DNA from: a virus
Lineage: Duplodnaviria; Caudoviricetes
IMG/VR virus record: IMGVR_UViG_3300038315_000612
Span: 1 to 53,983 of that record
DNA: 53,983 bases
Reading direction: 5' to 3' (one strand)
Positions 10,428 through 19,897 of this stretch are shown here, piece by piece (positions within the stretch are counted from its first letter, which is position 1; the number at the start of each line of letters is the position of its first letter). A program made the translations under genes and the position numbers. The notes beneath the pieces were generated by a model. That model was given only the letters and a program-made list of their open reading frames with translations. It was not told the DNA's origin and searched no databases.

Positions 10428-12509
10428 TTAGCCCGCCATTTCTTCTTGCTTAGCACGTAGCTTTTGCTGCTTCTCTTCTGCTCTATGTAGCCTTCTCCAA
10501 TTGACATATCCTGCTCGCCTAGCAAGTAGCTTTTGCTGCTTCTCTTCTACTCTAGTTAGCTTTCTTTCGGTTCTTTTCTCTTTACGTGTTGTGGGAGGAG
10601 TCTCGTCTGGAACACCCTCAACTTCAGGCTCTGTGGTTACATCTTCCCCCTTTTCTTCTTCCCTAGCTTCCCTCCAGTCCTTCGCGCCCTTCTTGGCACC
10701 CTTAAAGAGAGAACCTAAGAGGCTTCCTGGTGGCTCTTCAGGGGCTCCTGGCTCCACGGTAGGCTCTGGAGGTGGGTCTGGAGGCTCTGGCATCCGCGCC
10801 TCTGCCACCGCAAGCTGCTGCTCTTCCGTAAGCCATGGTTGAATCCCACCACTTGGAAACGAAGCCTTAATGGTTTCAATGAACTCTGGGTCTTTGGCCT
10901 CGTACCAGCGTCCAGCCTCATCTTGAAAACCAAACTTATCAAGGTTTGGATTGTACCCATAGGTTGCACCACCAGACCTCCAGCTAGTTCCCTCGGCGGC
11001 CCTGGCTTCCTTCTCGGCAATATCCCTTTCCTCTCTGGCCTCTCCCTCGGCTGCCCTCAACTCACCCATCCTCTTCTCTATACGGCGAGTAGCGGGAACC
11101 CTAATTCCAGTGATTCTTTCAATACGATTCGTATAGAAGTCATCTAGATTTGCATCACGTATACGTGTGCGAAGCTCATTGATGTCAGCTTCTGGATAGC
11201 TATTGACAATCTCAAGAGCTAGTGAGGTTTGACGTTCTCTTTTTGGCTTTGTAAGGTAGATCGCGGCAATCACTGGGTTTGTCATGCCCATTGCAGCAGA
11301 AAGCCTCTTCATTCCAGGTATATCCATTGTCCTGGATACCGACTTACTTAGATTGTCTGGTCCTTGATCTATCTTATCAAGCGCATCATTAATTCTAGCT
11401 TCTGTGTCACTAATCGTCAGTTCTTCAAACGGCTCAAAACCCTTTAATAGATCACTAGGGTCACCAGAGATAAGGTCTGAATAAGTCTCAAGAGGCTCTA
11501 ACATCTCCTTTGCTTCGCTTGGAGACATGCCTGAATCTGCCATCATGGCAAATGCTTTATCCTTAACCTTATCAGTTTCTTGTATGGCGTAGGCTTGCTG
11601 TGCATAGGCAGCACTTTGATTGCTATCAATATAAGATTGTATTACATCCTTTTGCGGAACACTTTTATTGTATATCGCATCAGCGAGTGCTCCAATATCA
11701 ACAGTTTCAGGAAGATCTTTAAATTGATCTTCCATAGCAAGATTATATACAAGCCCTGAGGCTGTGTGCTCAAGGTGCGTCCTCAATAAATTCTTTGTCT
11801 GTGACGCAATATCGTGAATAGCAAGCGCATCACCACCTGACTTATCTATATTTCGTAATGCATCATCTACAATAGCAGCTACATTGGCACCATAATTATC
11901 ATTTATAATAGCATTTTTTATTGTGTTTTCAACATTGTTTGGAAGAATTCCTTTCTTAAATGTTTCTGTAGTCAGCGCTCTAGCGGCAGCAACATCCTGA
12001 CCAAGCGCTGTTATAACATTTTTTCTAAAATCATCGGTTTGAAGTATACTATGAGTCTGTCTAATAGATAGCTCATCTAAACTATTAGATACCTTATTCA
12101 TCGCTTCTTTATCGTAGTACCCACCACCAGCAGGACGCTGCGCTGACAGGTCGGCGTAGTGAGAATCCAACAACTGGATAAGCTGAACGCCTTGCTGGGC
12201 GTTCATTTTTCCAGCAGTTCTGAGTTCTATGATTCGAGCTTGTAGCTGTGTTTTTGCATTCAACAACGCAAGGTCACGCTGCATTTGCCTATCTATATAG
12301 TCTCCTTTAATCTTATCTTGAAGGTATCTAATATCTAATTTCTTCTTATCTATATCTGTAAGAAGACCAAGGTAAAGTGCCCTTAATTCAGCCTGCTCTT
12401 GTAGCGTCAGTGGCTGTCCATACGGATGGGCGGCGCCACTAGCGAACGACATGCCGGCACTAAGTGCCGACTGAGTTACCGGTGAAGTAGAGTTGTATGT
12501 AGTAGGCAT
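10428..12509 (-). CDS. Putative internal virion (ejection) protein, 693 aa
   Basis: Helical/coiled-coil ORF with AAGGA SD, located between the small pilot-like gene and the giant gene. Confidence 0.55.
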   Translation of the reverse strand: MPTTYNSTSPVTQSALSAGMSFASGAAHPYGQPLTLQEQAELRALYLGLLTDIDKKKLDIRYLQDKIKGDYIDRQMQRDLALLNAKTQLQARIIELRTAGKMNAQQGVQLIQLLDSHYADLSAQRPAGGGYYDKEAMNKVSNSLDELSIRQTHSILQTDDFRKNVITALGQDVAAARALTTETFKKGILPNNVENTIKNAIINDNYGANVAAIVDDALRNIDKSGGDALAIHDIASQTKNLLRTHLEHTASGLVYNLAMEDQFKDLPETVDIGALADAIYNKSVPQKDVIQSYIDSNQSAAYAQQAYAIQETDKVKDKAFAMMADSGMSPSEAKEMLEPLETYSDLISGDPSDLLKGFEPFEELTISDTEARINDALDKIDQGPDNLSKSVSRTMDIPGMKRLSAAMGMTNPVIAAIYLTKPKRERQTSLALEIVNSYPEADINELRTRIRDANLDDFYTNRIERITGIRVPATRRIEKRMGELRAAEGEAREERDIAEKEARAAEGTSWRSGGATYGYNPNLDKFGFQDEAGRWYEAKDPEFIETIKASFPSGGIQPWLTEEQQLAVAEARMPEPPDPPPEPTVEPGAPEEPPGSLLGSLFKGAKKGAKDWREAREEEKGEDVTTEPEVEGVPDETPPTTRKEKRTERKLTRVEEKQQKLLARRAGYVNWRRLHRAEEKQQKLRAKQEEMAG
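10457..10548. repeat. 23-bp exact direct repeat (10457-10479, 10526-10548), in-frame EEKQQKL duplication
   Basis: GTAGCTTTTGCTGCTTCTCTTCT occurs twice, 69 bp apart. Confidence 0.9.
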
Positions 12510-12518
12510 TATTGTTCC

Positions 12519-13124
12519 TTATGCTCCAGCAGCGGCCGCTATAGCGGCCTCGTCGGCTTGCTTTGCGGCTTGCTTTGCGGCAAAGTCGGCTTGCCACTTC
12601 ATCCACATTTCTCCAGTTTGTTCGCCAGCTTGCATTGCCTGCTCTTCTGAGATGCCGGTTCCCTCTGCTTGCAATTCTAGCTTCATCTTCTTTCTTGCAA
12701 GAGCCATGTCTGCAAGATCCCGCCTACCGGCAAGAGCCTGCTCACTAGCCGCTGTAGCCTCTGCCCGCTGTTCTGCTGCGGCAGCAGAGGTTGCCCCCAA
12801 CCTAGCCCTAGTCTTGGCAACCAAGCCCCGCCTAATATTCTCCTGTTGAACACCAGAGGTTCCAGCAGACGCAGTGGTTGCAGCACCACGGTACATATCA
12901 CTAGCGTACTTAGCAAATTCCCCCTCTTGTGGGCTCCAAAGCTTGGATAGCCGATCAGCACCAACCCCAGCCTGGGGCCGTGTTGCAGCCTCCTCACGAC
13001 TAGCAATGGACTCCTCGTATGTCTTCTCTTCCTTTGTCTTTCTTCCTGCTTGCAGGTTCTGGTAGGCCTTGGCCGCCAACTGTGCGGCGGCAAGTATCGC
13101 TGCGACTGGAATTGCTACTGACAT
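12519..13124 (-). CDS. Small Ala-rich internal virion/pilot-like protein, 201 aa
   Basis: Hydrophobic Ala-rich N-terminus (IPVAAILAAAQLAA), AGGAG SD, podophage ejection-gene synteny. Confidence 0.55.
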   Translation of the reverse strand: MSVAIPVAAILAAAQLAAKAYQNLQAGRKTKEEKTYEESIASREEAATRPQAGVGADRLSKLWSPQEGEFAKYASDMYRGAATTASAGTSGVQQENIRRGLVAKTRARLGATSAAAAEQRAEATAASEQALAGRRDLADMALARKKMKLELQAEGTGISEEQAMQAGEQTGEMWMKWQADFAAKQAAKQADEAAIAAAAGA

Positions 13125-13152
13125 AATGTTCTCCTATGCCTTGTATATCAAG

Positions 13153-13968
13153 TCAACGAAAAGCGAGCGCCCAGATGCCACCAGTTGGGATGACGAGCTT
13201 AGCGCCCCCCTGGTTGCCATCAGCAACGCCAGCAAAGAAGGACGTAGTAATAGAGTGGTAGCCCTTTGAAACATTGGTCTTTGCAGCAACCTTAGATGCA
13301 AACCTATACCTGGACTCTCTACCGTAGCCATAGTCCAGAACGCTATCAGTTACACCTACAACCTCGGAATCAATCCAATGTTCAGCATCAAAGTCAGGAT
13401 CACTAGTTAGTGTACTAAAACTAGGGTTCCCCTCATCCAAGCCACTTACTTTTGAGTGTGGAATACTTGCATACATGCCAGAAAGCTGGTCATCATCAAA
13501 GTAAACCTTTAGTGACCAATACTCTGTTTTGGCTGCATTATCACCAAGGTCATCGGTACCAGACACCTTAATGAAGGCTATGGCATCCTGCTTAAAGAAG
13601 GCCTGAATACCGAACAGAACAAAGCTTGCATCAAATGGAAGCCACATGTCCGCTGACAAGCCAGCAGAAACAATGCGATCAAATTTGCTGGTTGAAATGG
13701 TTCCTTCAACTTCCCTGTTCCCACCAATTTGTTCCGCATAGACAAACTCGTCCTTGTCGAATCCAAAATAGAACCCGGCAGCGAACGACCCAAACTGGCA
13801 AGCATATGGCGGAACAGACTTATTCCCACCACCATAGTTCTCTTTGTCTAAACGACCATTAAGAATCTCAAACGATGTAGCAACGTCTGGATTAAATAAC
13901 GACCTGTTGTATAACTCTTCTGCAACAACCTCAGACGTTTCTATAAGCATCTCTGGTATTTCTGGCAT
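13153..13968 (-). CDS. Putative tail-associated protein, 271 aa
   Basis: Beta-rich ORF in the tail operon with AGGTG SD. Confidence 0.5.
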   Translation of the reverse strand: MPEIPEMLIETSEVVAEELYNRSLFNPDVATSFEILNGRLDKENYGGGNKSVPPYACQFGSFAAGFYFGFDKDEFVYAEQIGGNREVEGTISTSKFDRIVSAGLSADMWLPFDASFVLFGIQAFFKQDAIAFIKVSGTDDLGDNAAKTEYWSLKVYFDDDQLSGMYASIPHSKVSGLDEGNPSFSTLTSDPDFDAEHWIDSEVVGVTDSVLDYGYGRESRYRFASKVAAKTNVSKGYHSITTSFFAGVADGNQGGAKLVIPTGGIWALAFR

Positions 13969-13975
13969 GAATCAC

Positions 13976-14791
13976 CTAAGTTTGTATACCGCTGGTTCTA
14001 AGAACAAATGCACCCATAGACCCACTTTTAACAGTAAAGATCGACCCACCTGCGTCGTAGTCTCCAGTGGAGTCTGTACGCCAATCACCCTTGATGAGTA
14101 CACCATGGGCGCTAAGCTTCGTAAGAGCCCAATCCCCACTGTATCCAAACGTCGTTCCATTGAACGCAGATGCAATAGTAATAGTCTCTTCTAGATTATC
14201 ATTATATGAAAATGCGCTATTTCCAAGTCTAATACACCCAATATCAACAGCATCCACTACTGGATCTTCTAGTGGAGGTATGTCTGGCCCCCACCCAGTT
14301 ATGATGGTCTTATATAAGCCAAGCCACGCCTGAACCCCACCATGGCCAACAAAGGTGTCGATTCCATCCCGTATTGAGCCAATCCTGCACGACAAGAAGA
14401 CAAAAACAACGTCATCTTCCTTTAGGCGCCAGCCACCCGAATCTTCAAGCTCACTGATTCTATATGGATTACTTCCATCAGAAGCCTCAAGCTCATCCCA
14501 TACGTTTGGTTCTGTATCAGTAAAGGTAGGATTGGCTTGATCGGTAACATACTTAACTTCACAGTCTGTAGTTACATCAGTAAAGCCATATGCAAGATCG
14601 CCATAATCACTAGTGTCAAAAGTAGATGCGGCAGTCCTGCTTATCAAAGAAGGAAGCTGGAACATATTGAATGTCCCCCTACCAAGACTTGTCACAGGAA
14701 CACTGTTTACCGCAGACCGAACCTGCCCATGCATATCCTTGATTGTATCTGGAGTTATGATTGATCCTGAGTCTGGCTTATCAATAGGCAT
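13976..14791 (-). CDS. Putative tail-associated protein, 271 aa (start MPIDKP)
   Basis: ATG overlaps the upstream stop (TAATG). Beta-rich, in the tail operon. Confidence 0.5.
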   Translation of the reverse strand: MPIDKPDSGSIITPDTIKDMHGQVRSAVNSVPVTSLGRGTFNMFQLPSLISRTAASTFDTSDYGDLAYGFTDVTTDCEVKYVTDQANPTFTDTEPNVWDELEASDGSNPYRISELEDSGGWRLKEDDVVFVFLSCRIGSIRDGIDTFVGHGGVQAWLGLYKTIITGWGPDIPPLEDPVVDAVDIGCIRLGNSAFSYNDNLEETITIASAFNGTTFGYSGDWALTKLSAHGVLIKGDWRTDSTGDYDAGGSIFTVKSGSMGAFVLRTSGIQT

Positions 14792-15657
14792 TAGGTCCCC
14801 AAGTGTGTTCCCATTGCGATGCGAATAACGGTGGTTGACCGCTGGCAAATGGCAATACCATCTACCGGAGGGTACTCAAAGTATATTCCTTCAGTGTCAT
14901 TGTTCAGCATCGCAGATGCTTGCCCAGCATGAGGAATAACAGAATGGTCTCCAGCAGGTAAAACATTACAAGAAAAAACAGCGGTTCTAAGCATGGAATC
15001 AACAAGCCCCTGTCCCCTATATTGCTCTGTTGTGCTGGGTGCGCTTGGACCGGTACCAGGCATCCTTGCCCCATCTACCTCAAGCCTTACCCGTAGCCTT
15101 GGGCGAACCGCATGCTCTCCAGTCGCCAATGGCGTTAGCCCAAGTCCCTTGGTGGCAACGGTTAGGTTTGACCAATACTCGAAGAATTTCGTAAATGTTG
15201 TTCTCCACCTAGCGTATTGAAACGAGAAGCACGACAAAACAAGCTCTGGGTATTCAGAGGTCCACTCGACTGAAACGTCACCATCACCAATAGCGTGAAG
15301 ACCCTTATTGTATGGGATCAACCATACATTTGGCCCCTTTTTAATCTCTGGATGGGATGTTGTGGCTGGGTTGGATGCTCGAGTTGATTCATCAGTTGCC
15401 GCAAGAAACTGCTCACTGTCTCTACTCTTTTGAAAACTAGCGTTCACCCTCTTTACATGTACATTGCATAGCTTTGATACCTCTAGTCTATCTATGCCAC
15501 CAACATCGTCGTCTGGTGTTCCCTGCATAGACCCCGTTTGCCATTGATAATGAGTAGTGGCAAACGCAGTTCTCAGCGCTTCTTGGAACTCATCCCCGAT
15601 CACCTCTGGATCAATGACTTCCTTATTAAAAACACCAAACGGGAAGAACATGGACAT
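14791..15657 (-). CDS. Putative tail-associated protein, 288 aa
   Basis: ATG coupled to the nozzle stop (TGATG). In the tail operon. Confidence 0.5.
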   Translation of the reverse strand: MSMFFPFGVFNKEVIDPEVIGDEFQEALRTAFATTHYQWQTGSMQGTPDDDVGGIDRLEVSKLCNVHVKRVNASFQKSRDSEQFLAATDESTRASNPATTSHPEIKKGPNVWLIPYNKGLHAIGDGDVSVEWTSEYPELVLSCFSFQYARWRTTFTKFFEYWSNLTVATKGLGLTPLATGEHAVRPRLRVRLEVDGARMPGTGPSAPSTTEQYRGQGLVDSMLRTAVFSCNVLPAGDHSVIPHAGQASAMLNNDTEGIYFEYPPVDGIAICQRSTTVIRIAMGTHLGT

Positions 15658-17837
15658 CAACTACTCGGGGTTCTGCTACCAGGCAACGAAGTTTGAGGAC
15701 CAAACGCGTCAATAGTATACAACGCCATGGGATCTGAGGATTCTATCCTAATGCTGAACACTTCGTGAGATGGAATATCAACAGCAATCCTATTACTATA
15801 TGGTCTTCTATCTCTATATACATCAACTCCATATGTAGCAGATGTTGTTGTTACTGCATAATATGCAATATTAGAATCTTCTGGATGTGCTAGTGTTATA
15901 GATTCAGAGTTAATTGGTGTATCAAGATCCCAATCTTGATATGTATTTATAGATGCAGACGCATCACACCGCTCTTCCATGAGAAAGATTAGGTCCGATG
16001 CCCTGTGCGAAGCATGAAGCTCTGGCCCAATACCACCGAATGATTGCCAGCCAGTTGTGTATGACGCACCGGGATTTGGCGCATAGTATCCGGGATATCC
16101 ACGACCATACACATAGATATTTGTTTTCGAATCATAGTTGCCACCAGCAAGAACGATTCCGCTATTTGGAACAACGGCAACACAAGTAAACTTAATATCC
16201 TTTCTGAGCCTCCATCCTTGAACCCTATAGTCAAAGATGAACTGCATATTTGGATCTGAACTGTCGTCTACCGGAAGAACAAAAGCAACCTCACCAATAC
16301 GATAATCAACAAATGACACCCCCATGTGTGCCTTTGATGGATTTATCTTTCCAAGACGATTCTTTATTGGCGTACCTATGTCTGTGACAGATCCGTTTTG
16401 GTCCATCTTCCAGAATGTTTTAGACCCATACCAGATCACAGATCCGTCTGGAACAGCCTGAACAAGAGAGGGACCAGCACATCCAGCGTTTGAGTGGATA
16501 GTTCCTGTGTGCCAGTTTGGATACTCTCCAGACAAGAAGTGAGTTGCACCCTCCTTAAAGATAATCAATCCAGAAGACTGGTCTGTGTGTGGAATCCTAG
16601 CTGCTATGGCAGCGGTGATTGGCCCAGTAGCTGGGAACACTTCACGCCAATGTCCCTCCATCACGCTTTCTGGTGTTGGCCCACTTGGGTTCTCTTGCTC
16701 GCTCCACCATATTCTTGATGGATTGCCATCAGTACGCATCATAAACATGCTGCCACTGAAGAACTTCATAAAGTAAAAGCCACTTGGTGGAACATCTCTG
16801 TTTATCCAGATGGGCCCAAGGCCAGAGTCTGGGGTGTCATCAATGTACTCTGTTGCTTGATTGTTTGGAATGCGGTGCAAGAACCTTGGTAATCCTTCTT
16901 CCCCAGAAGGAAGCCTATCCAAGTTCATAGTGCGAACTAGAACCCTAGCCTTTGTTCCTGTTGGCCCAGTTGGAATGTTGTAGACCCTAAATCGTCTGCG
17001 AAACCTATCTGGTCGAGGATTATCAGTATCTGTCTCTACATCAACTCTGATGGTTGGCTGCTCCCCACCTGCCGATGTTGATGAATACGCTCCGTCTGGA
17101 CCCTCAAAGACTACGCCATATCCCCAAGATCCCTCATCAATACCACCAACAACTACAAGTGGGTCATCACCACCGCCCGTCTGCCAGTCTGGACGAATGG
17201 TTCCGATACGCCCAGCCTTGCTGAATCCAGACGCATTTGCACTGGAACCCTTTCTTGCTGGCCCCTCAACATGTATAGAAGATGGGGCGTTGGAGAATCC
17301 AAAGCTACGAACTCTTGTCTGATCCCATACCCACGCTCCCCCACCATCGCAAAAAGTAAAGTAAACCCTGTCACCAACACGCTCAAACTGTGGTGGATAT
17401 GCCACAGAAGCTTGCGGAATGATTATTTCTTTAGTGTTATCAGACCTATAGTGAAACTGTTGGCTATATACTCCACCCTCTGAGATGCCAAAGTCAGCAG
17501 AAAACCTATTACTATCCCATGGCTGAAACCTAAGAACACCAGCCGTAGATAGAATCAAAAGCTCTGGAACAGATCCAGAAACAACACATGGAAACAGACC
17601 AATTGCTCTTCCTTGGTCACCATTTACATGCCTAATACCACCAGTAAGAATGCCCCCAACTTCAACAAAAGAAGCATCATCCATCAATGGCATGATTCTA
17701 AAGGTGCTGTCTAAAAGACCCCTTTCATCCAGCTTAAAGTTAATAATCTCAAGCGCAGTGGTCCCATCTGTAACGGGATCTTCGCTCATAACTTTGGCTG
17801 CACCAACGGTGGAAGCCTTATATTCAGGCCACGTCAT
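15657..17837 (-). CDS. Tail nozzle / tail tubular protein B-like (packaged-DNA stabilisation), 726 aa
   Basis: Size, position after the adaptor, and beta-propeller-like segments (PSRIWWSE, GPITA, LIIFKE, AGCAGPSLV, FIFDYR..GW). Confidence 0.7.
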   Translation of the reverse strand: MTWPEYKASTVGAAKVMSEDPVTDGTTALEIINFKLDERGLLDSTFRIMPLMDDASFVEVGGILTGGIRHVNGDQGRAIGLFPCVVSGSVPELLILSTAGVLRFQPWDSNRFSADFGISEGGVYSQQFHYRSDNTKEIIIPQASVAYPPQFERVGDRVYFTFCDGGGAWVWDQTRVRSFGFSNAPSSIHVEGPARKGSSANASGFSKAGRIGTIRPDWQTGGGDDPLVVVGGIDEGSWGYGVVFEGPDGAYSSTSAGGEQPTIRVDVETDTDNPRPDRFRRRFRVYNIPTGPTGTKARVLVRTMNLDRLPSGEEGLPRFLHRIPNNQATEYIDDTPDSGLGPIWINRDVPPSGFYFMKFFSGSMFMMRTDGNPSRIWWSEQENPSGPTPESVMEGHWREVFPATGPITAAIAARIPHTDQSSGLIIFKEGATHFLSGEYPNWHTGTIHSNAGCAGPSLVQAVPDGSVIWYGSKTFWKMDQNGSVTDIGTPIKNRLGKINPSKAHMGVSFVDYRIGEVAFVLPVDDSSDPNMQFIFDYRVQGWRLRKDIKFTCVAVVPNSGIVLAGGNYDSKTNIYVYGRGYPGYYAPNPGASYTTGWQSFGGIGPELHASHRASDLIFLMEERCDASASINTYQDWDLDTPINSESITLAHPEDSNIAYYAVTTTSATYGVDVYRDRRPYSNRIAVDIPSHEVFSIRIESSDPMALYTIDAFGPQTSLPGSRTPSS

Positions 17838-19324
17838 TAAGTGCTCTCTTCAACTGGGTAATCAGCAATACCAAACCTTGGACTAGACCCTAAGCCGTCT
17901 CCAAATGCTGGGCTGTCGTGCCCAGAGAAGCTGTAGATCCTCTTCAACCTAGCTAGCTCATTCATGTACGAGGTGTAGTACAGGGTCTTTCTATTCACGT
18001 CCCCGTCTCGATCACCCAGCAAATACGACGCTGAAAGCTCCGTGAGCGCTTCGAAGCACTCAGGTGGTAGTCGTGGTGCGTCGGTGTCATACAAGAGCAC
18101 AGGGGGCCTTCTAACGACATTCATAAGAATGTTGTAGGCGCTGTCTGGGATTCTATCGAACCGAAGGTGGAAGTGACCGTGAAGATCTTTGATCGTTGTC
18201 CTGCGATCTACAGGATCAAGGTCACCACGGTCATATACAGTAGTCGTGGACCCATCTATGACCTTCCACAGATAGTAGATCTCATCTTTCTCAACATCAT
18301 TATAGTTTGACCCAGCACCAGCAATGGCTGGAGGTGTTGGATCAATCTCGTGCCTAGCCCTAAAGATCCACTTCTCATACCCAGAGTTTCTATTTGATGT
18401 CTCTCCAAAATCTTTGTTGTTCATGTAGACATAATCAATATCCGGTGTGGAGATGGTAATCGCTGGCCCACCCCAAGTAGTAGAAATTTGAGAAGACGCA
18501 GGCGAGCTTGAACTCATATACCTAGCCTGCTTCACACCCCTAAACGTCTGGATGTTCTGCCTACCCCAAACATGAACCACTTTGTACGAAAAGGTACCAG
18601 CAACACCAAAGTCCGTCTGCTCTACTCCAGATGAATCATACCCCCACTGGAAGCCACCCTGACCAGTAGTAATTGCTACTTGTGGTGTGTAATGAGGAGG
18701 ATCTAGTACGAAGTAATCACCCCTTGCGTACTTCTGTGGCCTACCTGTAGACCTCCACCCATACCCAATCTTCCAACGATCCAACTCCTCTGGAAACATT
18801 GTTTCCAACATCTCCCTAGGATTTGTCTCTGGATTGATGATTATGTTGCGAATCTTTTGTACATCTGCTGGGTATGGATACTCATATGCATAGATTCTGT
18901 ATGTAAGACCAGTATCTGTTGTATTGATCCATGGTCTATCAATGACAATATAGTCTGCCGCTGTCGTTTCTCCAGTAGGCGTAAAACTCAGAACTACCTT
19001 TTGAATCCTACGAAGAATGTAGGAATCTCCTCTCTTTACCTCTAGCCAAAGACCATCAAGAGTACCGTCATCTGTAAGCGTTCCAGCAGAAAGGTTTACC
19101 TTAAATGCCCGCACATCATTAGCAACAATATCTAAATTCCCTGTTTCTCTAGCCACAATCATTGGGAATCGAAGCTCTTCTTTTAGCAGGGCCTCAGGCA
19201 TGTCTCCCCACAAGTGCCGAAGCGCATAGTTGATTGCGCTATTCAGCCTTGTAGTCCCAGACGCCCCCCTCTCTGGATACCCAGTCTTGACCCTAATCGC
19301 TTCTCTAAGATCAGAAAGATTCAT
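17837..19324 (-). CDS. Head-tail adaptor / tail tubular protein A-like with inserted domains, 495 aa
   Basis: N-terminal MNLSDLREAIR..LNSAINYALRHL, YPYPAD, GRPQKY, and C-terminal PRLPPECFEALTELSASYLL, typical of podophage adaptors. Confidence 0.65.
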   Translation of the reverse strand: MNLSDLREAIRVKTGYPERGASGTTRLNSAINYALRHLWGDMPEALLKEELRFPMIVARETGNLDIVANDVRAFKVNLSAGTLTDDGTLDGLWLEVKRGDSYILRRIQKVVLSFTPTGETTAADYIVIDRPWINTTDTGLTYRIYAYEYPYPADVQKIRNIIINPETNPREMLETMFPEELDRWKIGYGWRSTGRPQKYARGDYFVLDPPHYTPQVAITTGQGGFQWGYDSSGVEQTDFGVAGTFSYKVVHVWGRQNIQTFRGVKQARYMSSSSPASSQISTTWGGPAITISTPDIDYVYMNNKDFGETSNRNSGYEKWIFRARHEIDPTPPAIAGAGSNYNDVEKDEIYYLWKVIDGSTTTVYDRGDLDPVDRRTTIKDLHGHFHLRFDRIPDSAYNILMNVVRRPPVLLYDTDAPRLPPECFEALTELSASYLLGDRDGDVNRKTLYYTSYMNELARLKRIYSFSGHDSPAFGDGLGSSPRFGIADYPVEEST

Positions 19325-19335
19325 TTCAACCCCAT

Positions 19336-19375
19336 AAACAAATAGCCCCCCAGTGCATACTACACCGAGGGGCTA
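19336..19375 (-). terminator. Intrinsic terminator after the capsid/decoration genes
   Basis: mRNA sense TAGCCCCTCGGTG-tagtatg-CACTGGGGGGCTA-TTTGTTT: 13-bp stem with two G-U pairs. Confidence 0.8.
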
Positions 19376-19398
19376 CTAGAGCGGGGCTAGTAGCCCCT
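19368..19398 (-). promoter_or_regulatory. Competing hairpin (putative antiterminator) overlapping the terminator 5' arm
   Basis: Perfect 12-bp inverted repeat AGGGGCTACTAG-N7-CTAGTAGCCCCT, sharing 19368-19375 with the terminator stem. Confidence 0.6.
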
Positions 19399-19406
19399 AA
19401 TAGTGT

Positions 19407-19883
19407 CTAAAGCAGGCCAGACAGCTTGATAGCTCCGGTTGTCGCAGAACCGATGGCAGATGGGAAGTAACCAATAATGGACTCCTCAACGTCACCGAAG
19501 TCTGTGTCATCAACTTCACCTGAACCACTGGCACCCTTGGTGACAGCAGCGGCCAACGCGAGCACGGATGCGTTTGTCTTGACCACACAAATCCCAGAAC
19601 AGCAAACCCAACCGTAGCTTCCGCTGGCAATGGCGTTCTGGGCCACACCAGCAACCTGGACAGAAGGAACAAAGTTGGAATCTACCTCAATCGCTGCGCC
19701 AGTAATGCCAGCTTGCCATTCAACTACTCGATTGGCGGCAATCGCAGCACCAGCCAGCACCAGCCGGTACATCTGGAACCCATAAGTGGGGTCAAGATAT
19801 GACCGAACCTCCCCAACTTTTCCTGGGGCCTCGGTGCTCGTTTGGGTTGGGGAGTCTAGATAAACTCGGGAATCAATGGGCAT
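19407..19883 (-). CDS. Capsid decoration/cement protein, 158 aa
   Basis: Directly after the MCP. G/A/V-rich with VAGVAQNAIASGSYGWV motif and AGGAG SD. Confidence 0.65.
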   Translation of the reverse strand: MPIDSRVYLDSPTQTSTEAPGKVGEVRSYLDPTYGFQMYRLVLAGAAIAANRVVEWQAGITGAAIEVDSNFVPSVQVAGVAQNAIASGSYGWVCCSGICVVKTNASVLALAAAVTKGASGSGEVDDTDFGDVEESIIGYFPSAIGSATTGAIKLSGLL

Positions 19884-19897
19884 TTCAATACTCCTAC

